Shown here one piece after another: positions 37,608-46,475 of a stretch of 64,000 nucleotides of DNA. Each line of letters begins with the position of its first letter. The stretch's first letter is position 1. Origin of the DNA: Candidatus Nitrospinota bacterium M3_3B_026 (GTDB lineage: Bacteria; Nitrospinota_A; UBA7883; JBPRGF01). The stretch lies in NCBI GenBank assembly GCA_051418015.1, contig JBPRGF010000023.1, positions 224,001-288,000 of the forward strand, written 5' to 3'. The notes beneath the pieces were generated by a model. It saw nothing but the letters and a program-made list of their open reading frames with translations. It was not told the origin of the DNA and searched no databases. The position numbers and the translations under genes are program-made.

Positions 37608-38069
37608 TCAGCTCTCTTCCTTTATTATCGCCCGCAGCACGTCCGACCGGTCTATAACTCCCGCGAGCCTCTCCCCGTCCATGACCGGCAGAAAATGCTT
37701 CCGCCGCTCGGACATTATGGTGGCGATATCCTCAAGGGTCGCGTCCACGTCCACGGTCACGGGGTCCATGCTCATTATGTCCCCCACGGTTGTCGCGGAC
37801 ATCTTCCTGAGCTCTTTTTCCGTCTCGCCCCTTCCGCTCAAGGGCAGCACCCAATCGAAGATGGTTATGACGGTGGGCAGGTGGATGTTTTTATGCCTGT
37901 CGATGAGGTCTCCCTCCGTGACCACCCCGACGACTCCCCCCCCCTCATCATCCAGCACGACGGCTCCGGAGCGGCTGCTTTTCTCCAGGGCCGCGGCGAA
38001 CTCGCCCACCGCCGTCGCGGGCGTCACCGCAAGAAAATCCCTGGACATTATCTGTTTCGCCGTGGGCAT
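37608..38069 (-). CDS. CBS-domain pair protein
   Basis: AKQIMSRD...GVVTEGDL...VGDIMS...GVIDRSDVL. Confidence 0.9.
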   Translation of the reverse strand: MPTAKQIMSRDFLAVTPATAVGEFAAALEKSSRSGAVVLDDEGGGVVGVVTEGDLIDRHKNIHLPTVITIFDWVLPLSGRGETEKELRKMSATTVGDIMSMDPVTVDVDATLEDIATIMSERRKHFLPVMDGERLAGVIDRSDVLRAIIKEES

Positions 38070-38354
38070 ATCGTCCTCCCTGTTATCGGTCCGCGCCGGG
38101 CTGGCGCCGATTTAAATATATCCGCCGGGAGCCTTGCGGTCAATGGCGGCTGGAGAACGATTTTTCTCGACAAAGGGATCTGAAGCGGGCTATGCTAAAG
38201 GTGTTATTAGAGTGGCTTGAAGATTGGCGGGTTTTGGCCGAATCGGACGGATATCATTTCTTCCTTTTCTCTCCAAATCGCAGGCCACGGCGCGTGTTGC
38301 GCCGTGGCGCCGCGCTCGAGCCTGATTCACTTTTAGGAAGGAAAGACCAGGATC

Positions 38355-38621
38355 ATGAACATTTACGTTGGAAACCTCCCATTCTCCGCCACCGAAGAAG
38401 AACTGCGGAAACTTTTCGAGCCGTTTGGAGAGATTATCTCACTCAAGCTCATCACCGACCGTGAGACCGGCAGGCCGCGCGGCTTCGGCTTTGTCGAAAT
38501 GGACAACGCTGACGCCGACGCCGCCATCAAGGAGCTCAACAACACCGAGATGGACGGCCGTCTTCTCAAGGTCAACCAGTCCCAGCCCCGCAAATCGTCC
38601 CCGGCAAAGAGACGCTGGTAA
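38355..38621 (+). CDS. RNA-binding protein (RRM domain)
   Basis: RNP2 IYVGNL and RNP1 RGFGFVEM. Confidence 0.95.
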   Translation: MNIYVGNLPFSATEEELRKLFEPFGEIISLKLITDRETGRPRGFGFVEMDNADADAAIKELNNTEMDGRLLKVNQSQPRKSSPAKRRW

Positions 38622-38638
38622 CCATTCACGCGGATGTT

Positions 38639-38668
38639 CCGTGAGCCCGGCGCCGCCGGGTCTCACGG
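38639..38668. terminator. Stable hairpin between the convergent RRM and acyltransferase genes
   Basis: CCGTGAG-CCCGGC...GCCGGG-T-CTCACGG inverted repeat, without a clear U-tract. Confidence 0.4.
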
Positions 38669-38716
38669 CCGTCTCGCATCGGCCGCCTCCGGCGGCCGCG
38701 GAATTCGCAAGGGCCT

Positions 38717-39427
38717 TTACATGTAAAGGCCCTTGTTTTTTTCCTTCAACTCCGCGATGGCGCGCATTATCTCGTCGGCGATGGCCTGCGAGGTCTTTTT
38801 CGTGTCTGGCGCCTCATAAAATCTCGAAAGATCCAGGGGCTCGCCGAAAACCACGGTGTAAGGTATCCCAAACCACGGCCGGGGCCTGCCGGGCCAAAAA
38901 TATTTGTCCGTGTTTATGACGAGTGTGGGGACCACCTTCGGCCTCGCCCAGTAGACTATCCACCCCACGCCGGACCTGCCCCGCAGAAGCTCCCCCGTCC
39001 TGCTCCTCGTCCCCTCCGGGAATATCATCACGTGGTAGTTCTTCGCGTAACAGGCGATCCTTTTCATGGACTCGACGTCCCTCGCGCCCCGTTTCACGGG
39101 GAAACTCGCCCACAGCTTCAGGATCGTCCTAAGGACAGGGACCTTGAAAAGCTCCTCCTTGGCCGGGGAAAACAGCGGCATCAGGGAGAAGCGGCGGATG
39201 GCCAGCGCCGGGATCAGAACGGTGTCCACCCCGGAGACATGGTTGGAGGCGATGACCACCCCCCCCTCCTTCGGGATGTTCTCCCGCCCTATGGCCCGGG
39301 AGCGGTTCAAGACCTTGTAGAAAAAATCCACGAAGGGGTAGGAGAAAAGCCGAGCGATGAAAAACCCGACCTTTTTCGCCGTGGATACCTCGTACTTTTT
39401 CTCCTCTCCGGGCTCGAATGGTATCAT
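38717..39427 (-). CDS. Lysophospholipid (1-acyl-sn-glycerol-3-phosphate) acyltransferase, PlsC family
   Basis: SNHVSGVD, AKEELF, FPVKRG and IFPEGTRS. Confidence 0.92.
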   Translation of the reverse strand: MIPFEPGEEKKYEVSTAKKVGFFIARLFSYPFVDFFYKVLNRSRAIGRENIPKEGGVVIASNHVSGVDTVLIPALAIRRFSLMPLFSPAKEELFKVPVLRTILKLWASFPVKRGARDVESMKRIACYAKNYHVMIFPEGTRSRTGELLRGRSGVGWIVYWARPKVVPTLVINTDKYFWPGRPRPWFGIPYTVVFGEPLDLSRFYEAPDTKKTSQAIADEIMRAIAELKEKNKGLYM

Positions 39428-39479
39428 CGGGCGGTCTCCATGGCGCCGGAGGGCGGGGGTTTCCTTGAAACGCGGCTCA

Positions 39480-39905
39480 TCATCCTATGCGTCCGTAGGT
39501 GTCCACGTCCCCGCTGGTCCACCGGGCGGTCATATCATTTCCGTCGCCTGAGACATAGACATCCGCCGTCTCGACCTCCCCTTTCTCTATTCCGAGGCAG
39601 CCACCGCCCTCCGCCGCGAAGATGGTTATCGCGTCCCCGGAGTAGGAGACATACCCGGAAACGGAGCAGCTTTCACCTCGCAGGGTGAGGCTCTCCAGGA
39701 TAAATGAGGCGGACGACAGGTCAAGGTGGATGTATGCGTACCCCATGTCCCGAACGTTCACGCCGTTTCTCTGCCGCAGTTCCCAAAGGCCCTCCCAGGC
39801 GGGAGTCTCCCCGCCGCCGGATCCTCCGCCGCAGGCCGGAGCGAGAAAAAAGCAGGCGGCAAGCAACGCTGCGGCAAGCCTTCTTACGCTCTCTTTCATT
39901 TCCAT
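39480..39905 (-). CDS. Hypothetical lipoprotein (possibly a lipocalin-like beta fold)
   Basis: Signal peptide ending LAPA-C, followed by GGGSGGG, then EGLWEL and predicted beta strands. Confidence 0.6.
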   Translation of the reverse strand: MEMKESVRRLAAALLAACFFLAPACGGGSGGGETPAWEGLWELRQRNGVNVRDMGYAYIHLDLSSASFILESLTLRGESCSVSGYVSYSGDAITIFAAEGGGCLGIEKGEVETADVYVSGDGNDMTARWTSGDVDTYGRIG

Positions 39906-39954
39906 GCCTCCGCGTCAGGGGGAAACGCGCCCGCTCCTTCCCATGACACACTCA

Positions 39955-41085
39955 TCAATCCGGGCCGAAACACCGGTACGGCGCCTCCATCGAGTAGTCT
40001 TCTACTATCTCGTCGTAGTCGTCGAACCAGTAAGCCCGCGGGTTGCTCTTGAAGACCATGAAACGCGCCTTCTCCCGCGGCTCGGCGGCCCTGTGGTAGC
40101 GGAAATAGGCCTTGCCGTCCGTCTTGCCTGCCATCTCTATCTTGCCCGTGGCGTGGGACATGACGAACCTCGCCCGCTTGGCCGTCCCGGAACAGAGCAT
40201 CCTGGCCTTCTCGAAGATGTCGAACCCCTCCTCGACGGGGATGACGAACGCCCTGGTACCCAGTGTGGGCCGAAGCTGGAACAGGTAGTACGGGGGGACG
40301 CCGACGTAGGACAGCTCGTTGAAAAGCTCCCCCAGGACGAAGGGGTCGTCGTTCACTCCCCTTAAAAGCGGCGTTTGGTTGCAGGTGACCACGCCGGCTT
40401 TGGCTATCCTGGTCATAGCCTCGCGCGCCTCGGGCGTAAGCTCCCGGGGATGGTTGAAATGCGCCATCAGGTACAGCTTCCTGTCGTTGTCGCAGTGGCG
40501 CTCGAACATCTCGAGGAGCGCCGGGTCGTCGAGTATCCGGAAGGGGTTGAAGGCGGGCATCTTGGACCCAATCCTGATGATCTTCACGTGGTCTATCCGG
40601 CGCAGCTCGCTTATTATGGCGTCCAGCCTCGCCGTGGACAGAAGCAGCGGGTCGCCGCCGGTCAGCAGTATGTTGTTCAGCTCCTTCGCGCCCCTGATGT
40701 ACTCGATCCCCTCGGAGACATCCTTCGAGACCTCGTCGGCGCCGTCCATGAAAAGCCGCTTGCGGAAGCAGAACCTGCAGTAGCCGCCGCAGACGTCGTT
40801 CACGAGCAGGAGCGCGGTGTAGGTGTACTTGTGCTGCAGGCCGGGGACGATGGTGTAAGACTCCTCGTCGGAGGCGTCCAGCCTGCCGTAGGCGTCCAGC
40901 TCCGCCGTGTCGGGTATTATTATCTTCCTGATGGGGTCGCCGGGGTCGTCCCAATCTATGAGGGAGTTGTAATAGTCGTTGGTCCTGAAGGCGAACTTCT
41001 CCACCACCGGCCCGAGCTTTTCCCCCTGTCCGGCGGGAAGGCCCTCGACCTTCTTGATGTCCTTGATATACGTGACTTTTCCCAC
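39955..41085 (-). CDS. KamA-family radical SAM protein (lysine 2,3-aminomutase-like)
   Basis: PGLQHKY, CGGYCRFCFRK, LLTGGDPL, HFNHPRE, NQTPLLRGVND and PYYLFQ. Confidence 0.92.
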   Translation of the reverse strand: MGKVTYIKDIKKVEGLPAGQGEKLGPVVEKFAFRTNDYYNSLIDWDDPGDPIRKIIIPDTAELDAYGRLDASDEESYTIVPGLQHKYTYTALLLVNDVCGGYCRFCFRKRLFMDGADEVSKDVSEGIEYIRGAKELNNILLTGGDPLLLSTARLDAIISELRRIDHVKIIRIGSKMPAFNPFRILDDPALLEMFERHCDNDRKLYLMAHFNHPRELTPEAREAMTRIAKAGVVTCNQTPLLRGVNDDPFVLGELFNELSYVGVPPYYLFQLRPTLGTRAFVIPVEEGFDIFEKARMLCSGTAKRARFVMSHATGKIEMAGKTDGKAYFRYHRAAEPREKARFMVFKSNPRAYWFDDYDEIVEDYSMEAPYRCFGPD

Positions 41086-41139
41086 AACCCTCTCCCTTTG
41101 AAAGCGGTATTAAAGTATAGACGGGACGGGACGGTCTCT

Positions 41140-42075
41140 TCAACCTTCCCCGCCGCCAAGATACGGCGACGGGTCGCCGCCGAGGGCGCGGATAAGGCTT
41201 TCCATGTCGGCGGGGATGGGTGAGCGAAGCTCCACCTCCTTTCCAGTCCGGGGATGGACGAACCTGATCTTCCAGGCGTGCAGGGCCTGGCGTTTTATGG
41301 GGAGCCTGTTTTTCCCCCTGGAATAGACCGGATCGCCCGCCACGGGGCAGTTTATGTGGAGCATGTGGACGCGGATCTGGTGCGTCCGCCCCGTCATCAG
41401 GGAGACCTCCACCACGCTGGCCCCCGAAAGCCTCTGGGCGACCCTGTACCGCGACACCGCCCTGCGCCCGCCCTCTTTCAGCGTGGCCATCTTCTTCCTG
41501 TCCCTCGGGTGGCGCCCGATGAGGGTGTCGATGACCCCTTCGTCCTCCCTCGGCGCGCCCTTGACCACGGCGACGTATGTCCTGGACATCGTCCGCTCCT
41601 TGAGCTGGGAGGAGAGGGAGAGGCTGGCCTTGTCGTTCTTCGCGGCGATGATGACGCCGGAGGTGTCCTTGTCGAGCCGGTGGACTATCCCCGGCCGCGC
41701 TGCCCCGCCCACGCTGGAAAGCCCGCCGCAATGGGCCAGGAGGGCGTTCACCAGCGTCCCGCCGCGATGCCCCGCCGCGGGGCTCACCACCATCCCCGGC
41801 GGCTTGTTCACCACTATTACGTCGCCGTCTTCGTATACCACGTCCAATGGGATATCTTCGGGGACGGCTTTTTCGGGGGGAGCGGGGGGTGGGATGAAAA
41901 CCTCTATCTCGTCGGCTTCCCTGACCTTCTCGGAGGCGGAGTGGACCGTCTCTCCGTTGCGCTTCACGAACCCGTCCGCGATGAGCTTCTGGGCGCGGGA
42001 GCGGGTGAGGCTAAGCCCGGCCCCGGCCAGGAACCTGTCTATCCTCTGTCCGGCGCTCTCGGCCCCGACGATCAT
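41140..42075 (-). CDS. rluD: RluA-family pseudouridine synthase with S4 domain (RluD-like)
   Basis: Likely start ATG 42075 (ATGA overlap with lgt). S4 RIDRFL...TRSRAQKLI, NKPPG, GIVHRLDKDTSG, TGRTHQIRVH and QALHA. Confidence 0.9.
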   Translation of the reverse strand: MIVGAESAGQRIDRFLAGAGLSLTRSRAQKLIADGFVKRNGETVHSASEKVREADEIEVFIPPPAPPEKAVPEDIPLDVVYEDGDVIVVNKPPGMVVSPAAGHRGGTLVNALLAHCGGLSSVGGAARPGIVHRLDKDTSGVIIAAKNDKASLSLSSQLKERTMSRTYVAVVKGAPREDEGVIDTLIGRHPRDRKKMATLKEGGRRAVSRYRVAQRLSGASVVEVSLMTGRTHQIRVHMLHINCPVAGDPVYSRGKNRLPIKRQALHAWKIRFVHPRTGKEVELRSPIPADMESLIRALGGDPSPYLGGGEG

Positions 42076-42839
42076 CGCAAGGGATGGCGCTTTCTGTTTC
42101 TGAAGTAGAAGTAGACCGCCGCGGCGAATGCGAACACGGCGATTATCTGCGAGGTGGAAGCCAGCCCGCCGAAATAGACCCCCCGCGGATCGCCCCTGAA
42201 AATCTCTATCGTGAACCGCCCCACGGCGTAGAGCCCCACCCATATCCAGAGTATCTGTCCCCTGAAGCTCCGCCACGGCCTGATCGCCGTCAGCAACGCG
42301 AACAGCGCGAACTCGTTCGCCGCGGAGTAAAGCTGCGTGGGGTGAAGCGGTATTCCCAGCGGGGCGATGGAATGCGGATCGTGGAAGGTGACCGCCCAGG
42401 GGACACTTGTCTGCTTGCCGTAACAGCATCCCGCGAAAAAGCAGCCCAGCCTCCCGATGGCGTGCCCCAGCGCCGCCCCGGGCGCGGCGACGTCGCCAAA
42501 GGCCCACAGATCCAGCCTGTACCGCCGGACGCTGAAAATCACGGCGATAGCGGCCCCCACGAACCCGCCGTAAAAGACCAGGCCGCCTTCCCACAGCTTG
42601 AAAACGTCGATGGGGTTTTCCAGGTAATAGTCGAGATTGATCGCCACGTAAAAGATTCTCGACCCGATGACCGCCGCCAGGATCATCCAAAACGCGGTGT
42701 CGTAGACGGACTGCGGGTCCATCCCCTCCCGGCGCGCAAGCCTCGCCGACCAGGCTATCCCCAGCAGAAAGCCGGACGCCACCAGCAGGCCATAGGTGTA
42801 AAGCGTTATGGGACCTATCTCTATGAGTACCGGGCTCAT
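42072..42839 (-). CDS. lgt: Prolipoprotein diacylglyceryl transferase
   Basis: IGSRIFYV, WEGGLVFYGG, GRLGCF and HPTQLY. Confidence 0.95.
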   Translation of the reverse strand: MSPVLIEIGPITLYTYGLLVASGFLLGIAWSARLARREGMDPQSVYDTAFWMILAAVIGSRIFYVAINLDYYLENPIDVFKLWEGGLVFYGGFVGAAIAVIFSVRRYRLDLWAFGDVAAPGAALGHAIGRLGCFFAGCCYGKQTSVPWAVTFHDPHSIAPLGIPLHPTQLYSAANEFALFALLTAIRPWRSFRGQILWIWVGLYAVGRFTIEIFRGDPRGVYFGGLASTSQIIAVFAFAAAVYFYFRNRKRHPLR

Positions 42840-42899
42840 GATTTCATTCTTAACATATACAGTGGCGAGCCTGAATCAAAACACGCGGGCCGGGGATTG

Positions 42900-43859
42900 T
42901 CAATCCATCGAAAGCAGGATTTTAAGCGTCCCGCCCTCGCCCGCTTCGCGCAGCGCTCTCTCCCCCTCGCCAAGCGGCAAAACGGCGGACACCAGGGGGC
43001 GGGGGTTCACGCTCCCGTCCTCGAGCGCCCTCAACGCCTTCCCGAAAGGCCCGCAGCGCGACCCGACGAGGGACACCTCGTCTATCACCAGCCGGTTGAG
43101 GTCGAACGGCCCGCGTTGGGCCACGGTTGTCTTCAAAACGATCGTCCCGCGGGGTTTTACCAGCCGCATGGCGTCCTCCAGCCCCGAAGGCGACCCCGTC
43201 GCTTCCACCACCACGTCGAACAGCGATTCGGCCCCGGCCATATCCACCGAAAGGGCCGTTGTCACGTTTTCGCCTTCAAGGAGCCCGAGCTTTTCAGGAT
43301 GACGCCCCACGGCCGTGACGGCGCCGCCGGACAGGGCAAGAGCCATCGCCGCAAGAAGCCCCAGCTTCCCGTCGCCAAGGACGGCCACGCTGGCGCCATC
43401 GGCCGGCCCGATCTGCTCCACGGCCTGAAAAGCCGCCGCCAGCGGCTCGGTGAAAACCGCCGCCTCATCGGGGATGGCATCGGGGACGATGTGAAGGTTC
43501 TCCACGGGCAGCGCCAGCAGCTCGGCGAACGCCCCGTCCTTGCCCATGATCCCCATCACGGTCCTCTCCGGACAATGGTTCTTAAGACCTTCCCGGCAGA
43601 ACCGGCAAGACCCGCAGGCGATGTTTATCTCCCCCACGACGCGCCTGCCGACGAGGCTTTCATCCGGCGCCCTCAAAACCTCCCCCACGAACTCGTGGCC
43701 CAGGACGCCTTGAAAAGTCATGTAGCCTTTCGCAAGCTGTATATCCGTGTCGCACACTCCCGCCAGGATCGGGCGGATCAGCGCCTCGCCCTCTTTGGGC
43801 TGCGGCGCGGGATGGTCTGTTACGAACCGGACGCCGCCGTCCAGGACAAGCGCCCTCAT
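42900..43859 (-). CDS. Zinc-dependent alcohol dehydrogenase (MDR family)
   Basis: GVCDTD, GHEFVG, CGSCRFC...HC, EPLAAA and GDGKLG. Confidence 0.92.
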   Translation of the reverse strand: MRALVLDGGVRFVTDHPAPQPKEGEALIRPILAGVCDTDIQLAKGYMTFQGVLGHEFVGEVLRAPDESLVGRRVVGEINIACGSCRFCREGLKNHCPERTVMGIMGKDGAFAELLALPVENLHIVPDAIPDEAAVFTEPLAAAFQAVEQIGPADGASVAVLGDGKLGLLAAMALALSGGAVTAVGRHPEKLGLLEGENVTTALSVDMAGAESLFDVVVEATGSPSGLEDAMRLVKPRGTIVLKTTVAQRGPFDLNRLVIDEVSLVGSRCGPFGKALRALEDGSVNPRPLVSAVLPLGEGERALREAGEGGTLKILLSMD

Positions 43860-43869
43860 GAGCGGGGCG

Positions 43870-44307
43870 TCATGGGAAGGTCAGGTCGGAGGCGGTGTGG
43901 ATGGTTATCCTGGTCTCCTTGAACTGCCTGCTCCGCGAGCCGTCCTTGAGCGTCTCCACGGAGAGCTCCAGCACATCGTTGAAAAGCAGCGTTATCACGT
44001 CCCCCGTGGGCGACTCGCGGGTGACCTTCACCGAGGATATCCGGTTGTAGGAGTCCAGGTATATGTCCACGCCCAGGAGCCTTCGGATATCCCCGGGGCC
44101 TATGTAGGTGGAGTCTATCCCCCAGGCCGTGGGCTTGCCCTCCTCCGTGTACGGCCGGGAGAGGGTGATCTTGAGCTGGGTGACCTTCGCCACCGTCTCG
44201 GAAAGAACCTCCGCCCCAGCCGGAGCCCCGGAAAGGGCGAGCGCCACAAGCGCCGCCGCCAGGGCCGATAACGCTTTTTTTCTCATCATGTTCCGTTGTG
44301 TTGTCAT
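43870..44307 (-). CDS. Hypothetical exported protein
   Basis: Signal peptide (APAGA) and a tight junction with the upstream CsgG-like gene. No family recognised. Confidence 0.6.
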   Translation of the reverse strand: MTTQRNMMRKKALSALAAALVALALSGAPAGAEVLSETVAKVTQLKITLSRPYTEEGKPTAWGIDSTYIGPGDIRRLLGVDIYLDSYNRISSVKVTRESPTGDVITLLFNDVLELSVETLKDGSRSRQFKETRITIHTASDLTFP

Positions 44308-44308
44308 C

Positions 44309-45046
44309 TTATTTCACGTGAAAATAGTTCGCCGGCGTCTGGCTGGCTATGTAATCCACCGCCTTTACGATGCAGACCCGGATGGCCTTCTCCATCGGCG
44401 TGTTCTCGTACCCGGCCAGCAGGAAGGGGACAGGCACGCCGCCGATCGCCCCGCCGAGGCCGCCGCTCCAGTCCGTGGAGTTTCCCTCCACCGTCGCCAT
44501 GGCCACGATGCGGCCAGTTCTGGCGTCGGTCACCTTCACATCGATGGCCATGTATGCCCTCTTCGCCCCCGCGCCAAGGCCCATGAACGCGCCGCCGCCC
44601 AGCGGCACGCCGACGCCGCCGAAGCCGCCGCCAGCGTCGGCCTTGAAGGCCGTCACCGCGCCGGAGACCAGAAGCTCCGCCCCCTCAAGCTCGCCTATGG
44701 GCGCGGAGGTCCCCTCCTTCACCCTGCCGGATGCGCCAAGGTCCTGCTCCTCCATCACGTCACCTATGTCCGTCCTGTCCAGCATGATGAAACGGTTGCT
44801 GTGGAACATGGCGCTCGTGAGCATGTCGGCCATCCCCTGCCCCAGCTCGTTGTGGCCGGAGGCGGACTTGTTTACGAACTTGGTGACCGCCACCCGCGCC
44901 TTCGGCCCGTCGTAGGGCTCCATCTGGGCCTGCTGGATGCTTGGCCCGCCGGAGCTTGTCACCGTCGCCGTGGTCTGGCTGGATGCGCATCCAAAGGCGA
45001 TCGTTAAAACCGCCACCGTCAAAAGCCCACGCGTTGCATGTCTCAT
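44309..45046 (-). CDS. CsgG/HfaB-family lipoprotein
   Basis: Lipobox IAFG-C; VAVTKF...GMADMLTSAMFHSNRFIMLDR...EQDL...GAELLVSGAVTAF...DARTGRIV. Confidence 0.85.
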   Translation of the reverse strand: MRHATRGLLTVAVLTIAFGCASSQTTATVTSSGGPSIQQAQMEPYDGPKARVAVTKFVNKSASGHNELGQGMADMLTSAMFHSNRFIMLDRTDIGDVMEEQDLGASGRVKEGTSAPIGELEGAELLVSGAVTAFKADAGGGFGGVGVPLGGGAFMGLGAGAKRAYMAIDVKVTDARTGRIVAMATVEGNSTDWSGGLGGAIGGVPVPFLLAGYENTPMEKAIRVCIVKAVDYIASQTPANYFHVK

Positions 45047-45341
45047 CTTCCCTGTCAGACCTCCAAGCTCAGGCGCCGCGGCTTCCGGGCGCGGGCGCGG
45101 GTTTTTTCGCTTTCATGTCAGGATAAATATAAACCTTTTTCCCCATTATAAGCCAATAGACGCATTGTTCGGCAAACGCCCAGCGCAAAAGCTCTTGCGA
45201 GGCGGACGCGGCGTGTTAATCTGGTAGAATTCATTTACATCCTTGTTAAGAGCGCGCATGGATTTCACGGCTTCATACCAGGCCGCGCACAGGCGGAAGG
45301 CTTCGGCCCCCGCCATTTTTCTGTTTTTTGTGGATTTTTTT

Positions 45342-46400
45342 ATGGACGAGGAGAAGATCAGGCTCACGACCCTGGCCAAAGCCGGCGGTTGAGGCTCCAA
45401 GCTGGGTCCGGAGGACCTGAAAAAAGCTCTCGGACGGATTGACTGGCCCGACGACCCCGACCTTTTATACGGCTCCGGGATCGGCGACGACGCAGGTGTG
45501 TACAAAATGAGCGAAAGCCTGGCGCTAGCGCAAAGCGTTGATATCCTTACTCCTATAGTGGATGACCCGTACATGTTCGGCCGCATCGCGGCGGCGAACT
45601 CGCTGGCGGACATCTACGCCGTCGGCGCCCGGCCGTACACGGCGCTCAACATACTCTGCTACCCGCGAAAACTCGGGATGGATATAGTCGCCCAGATACT
45701 GCGCGGCGGCGCCGACACGGTGGCGGAGGCGGGGGCGGTACTCCTCGGCGGGCACAGCATGGAGGATGACGAGCCCAAGTACGGCCTCGCCGTCACGGGC
45801 CTTGTGGATCCCGCGAGGATGATAACCAGCGGCGGGGCGCGGCCGGGCGACGCGCTCATCCTCACCAAGAAGATCGGAACGGGGATACTGAACAAGCTGA
45901 TAAAATCCAGGAAACCCCCGAAAGGCGCTCCCCCGGCAAGGGTACACGACGAGGCGGCCGAGTCCATGGCCAGGCTGAACAAGGCCGCCGCGGAGGCGAT
46001 GATCGAGCATGGCGCCAACGCCTGCACGGACGTGACGGGGTTCGGCCTCCTCGGCCACGCGGCGAACATGGCGGGCGCATCGGGGGTCCGGATCGTCATA
46101 AACTATTCCGCCGTCCCCATGTTCGACGGAGTGGAGACCCACGCCACGGCCTGCTCCAGGGGCGCCTGCGAACGCAACCGCGAAGGGGTGGAAAAAGCGC
46201 TCACCGCCGCGCCGGGCCTGGACAAGAACAAGCTGATGGTCATGCTGGACCCGCAGACCTCCGGCGGGCTCCTGATATCCGTTCCCGGCGAGAAGGCCGA
46301 AGCCCTCGTCAAAAAACTGCGCGAAGGCGGCGACGAGGTCTCCACCGTCATCGGCCGCGTGGAGGAGGGCCCGCCGGGGACGGTCGAAGCGCGGCCATAG
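45342..46400 (+). CDS. selD: Selenide, water dikinase (selenophosphate synthetase), selenocysteine-containing
   Basis: ATG 45342 gives MDEEKIRLTTLAKAGG-UGA-GSKLGP, in frame with the ORF-track fragment 45498-46400 (DDAGVY, FGRIAAANSLADIYA, GGHS, TDVTGFGLLGH, DPQTSGGLL). The UGA is codon 17. Confidence 0.93.
45399..45428 (+). other. Candidate bacterial SECIS hairpin directly 3' of the selD UGA
   Basis: AGCT-G-GGTCC-GGA-GGACC-TGAAAAA-AGCT, with a G-containing apical loop about 18-20 nt after the UGA. Confidence 0.6.
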
Positions 46401-46475
46401 GCTGTTGGACTGGCCGGGCGCGCTCTGCCATAATAATCGCCGGAAAAACCGTTTCTTCCACATCTTTCACGAAGC

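Noticed and set aside
42076..42690. Long N-terminal extensions in the ORF track for rluD (also radA 4604-4894, gspJ 62448-62585, lipoprotein 18831-19109)
   Set aside because: They overlap real upstream genes in another frame. Family homology starts at the downstream start codons used in the feature list.
45390..45392. selD as a pseudogene or N-terminally truncated gene
   Set aside because: The stop is a TGA exactly at the catalytic Cys/Sec17 column and is followed by a SECIS-like hairpin, so recoding explains it better.
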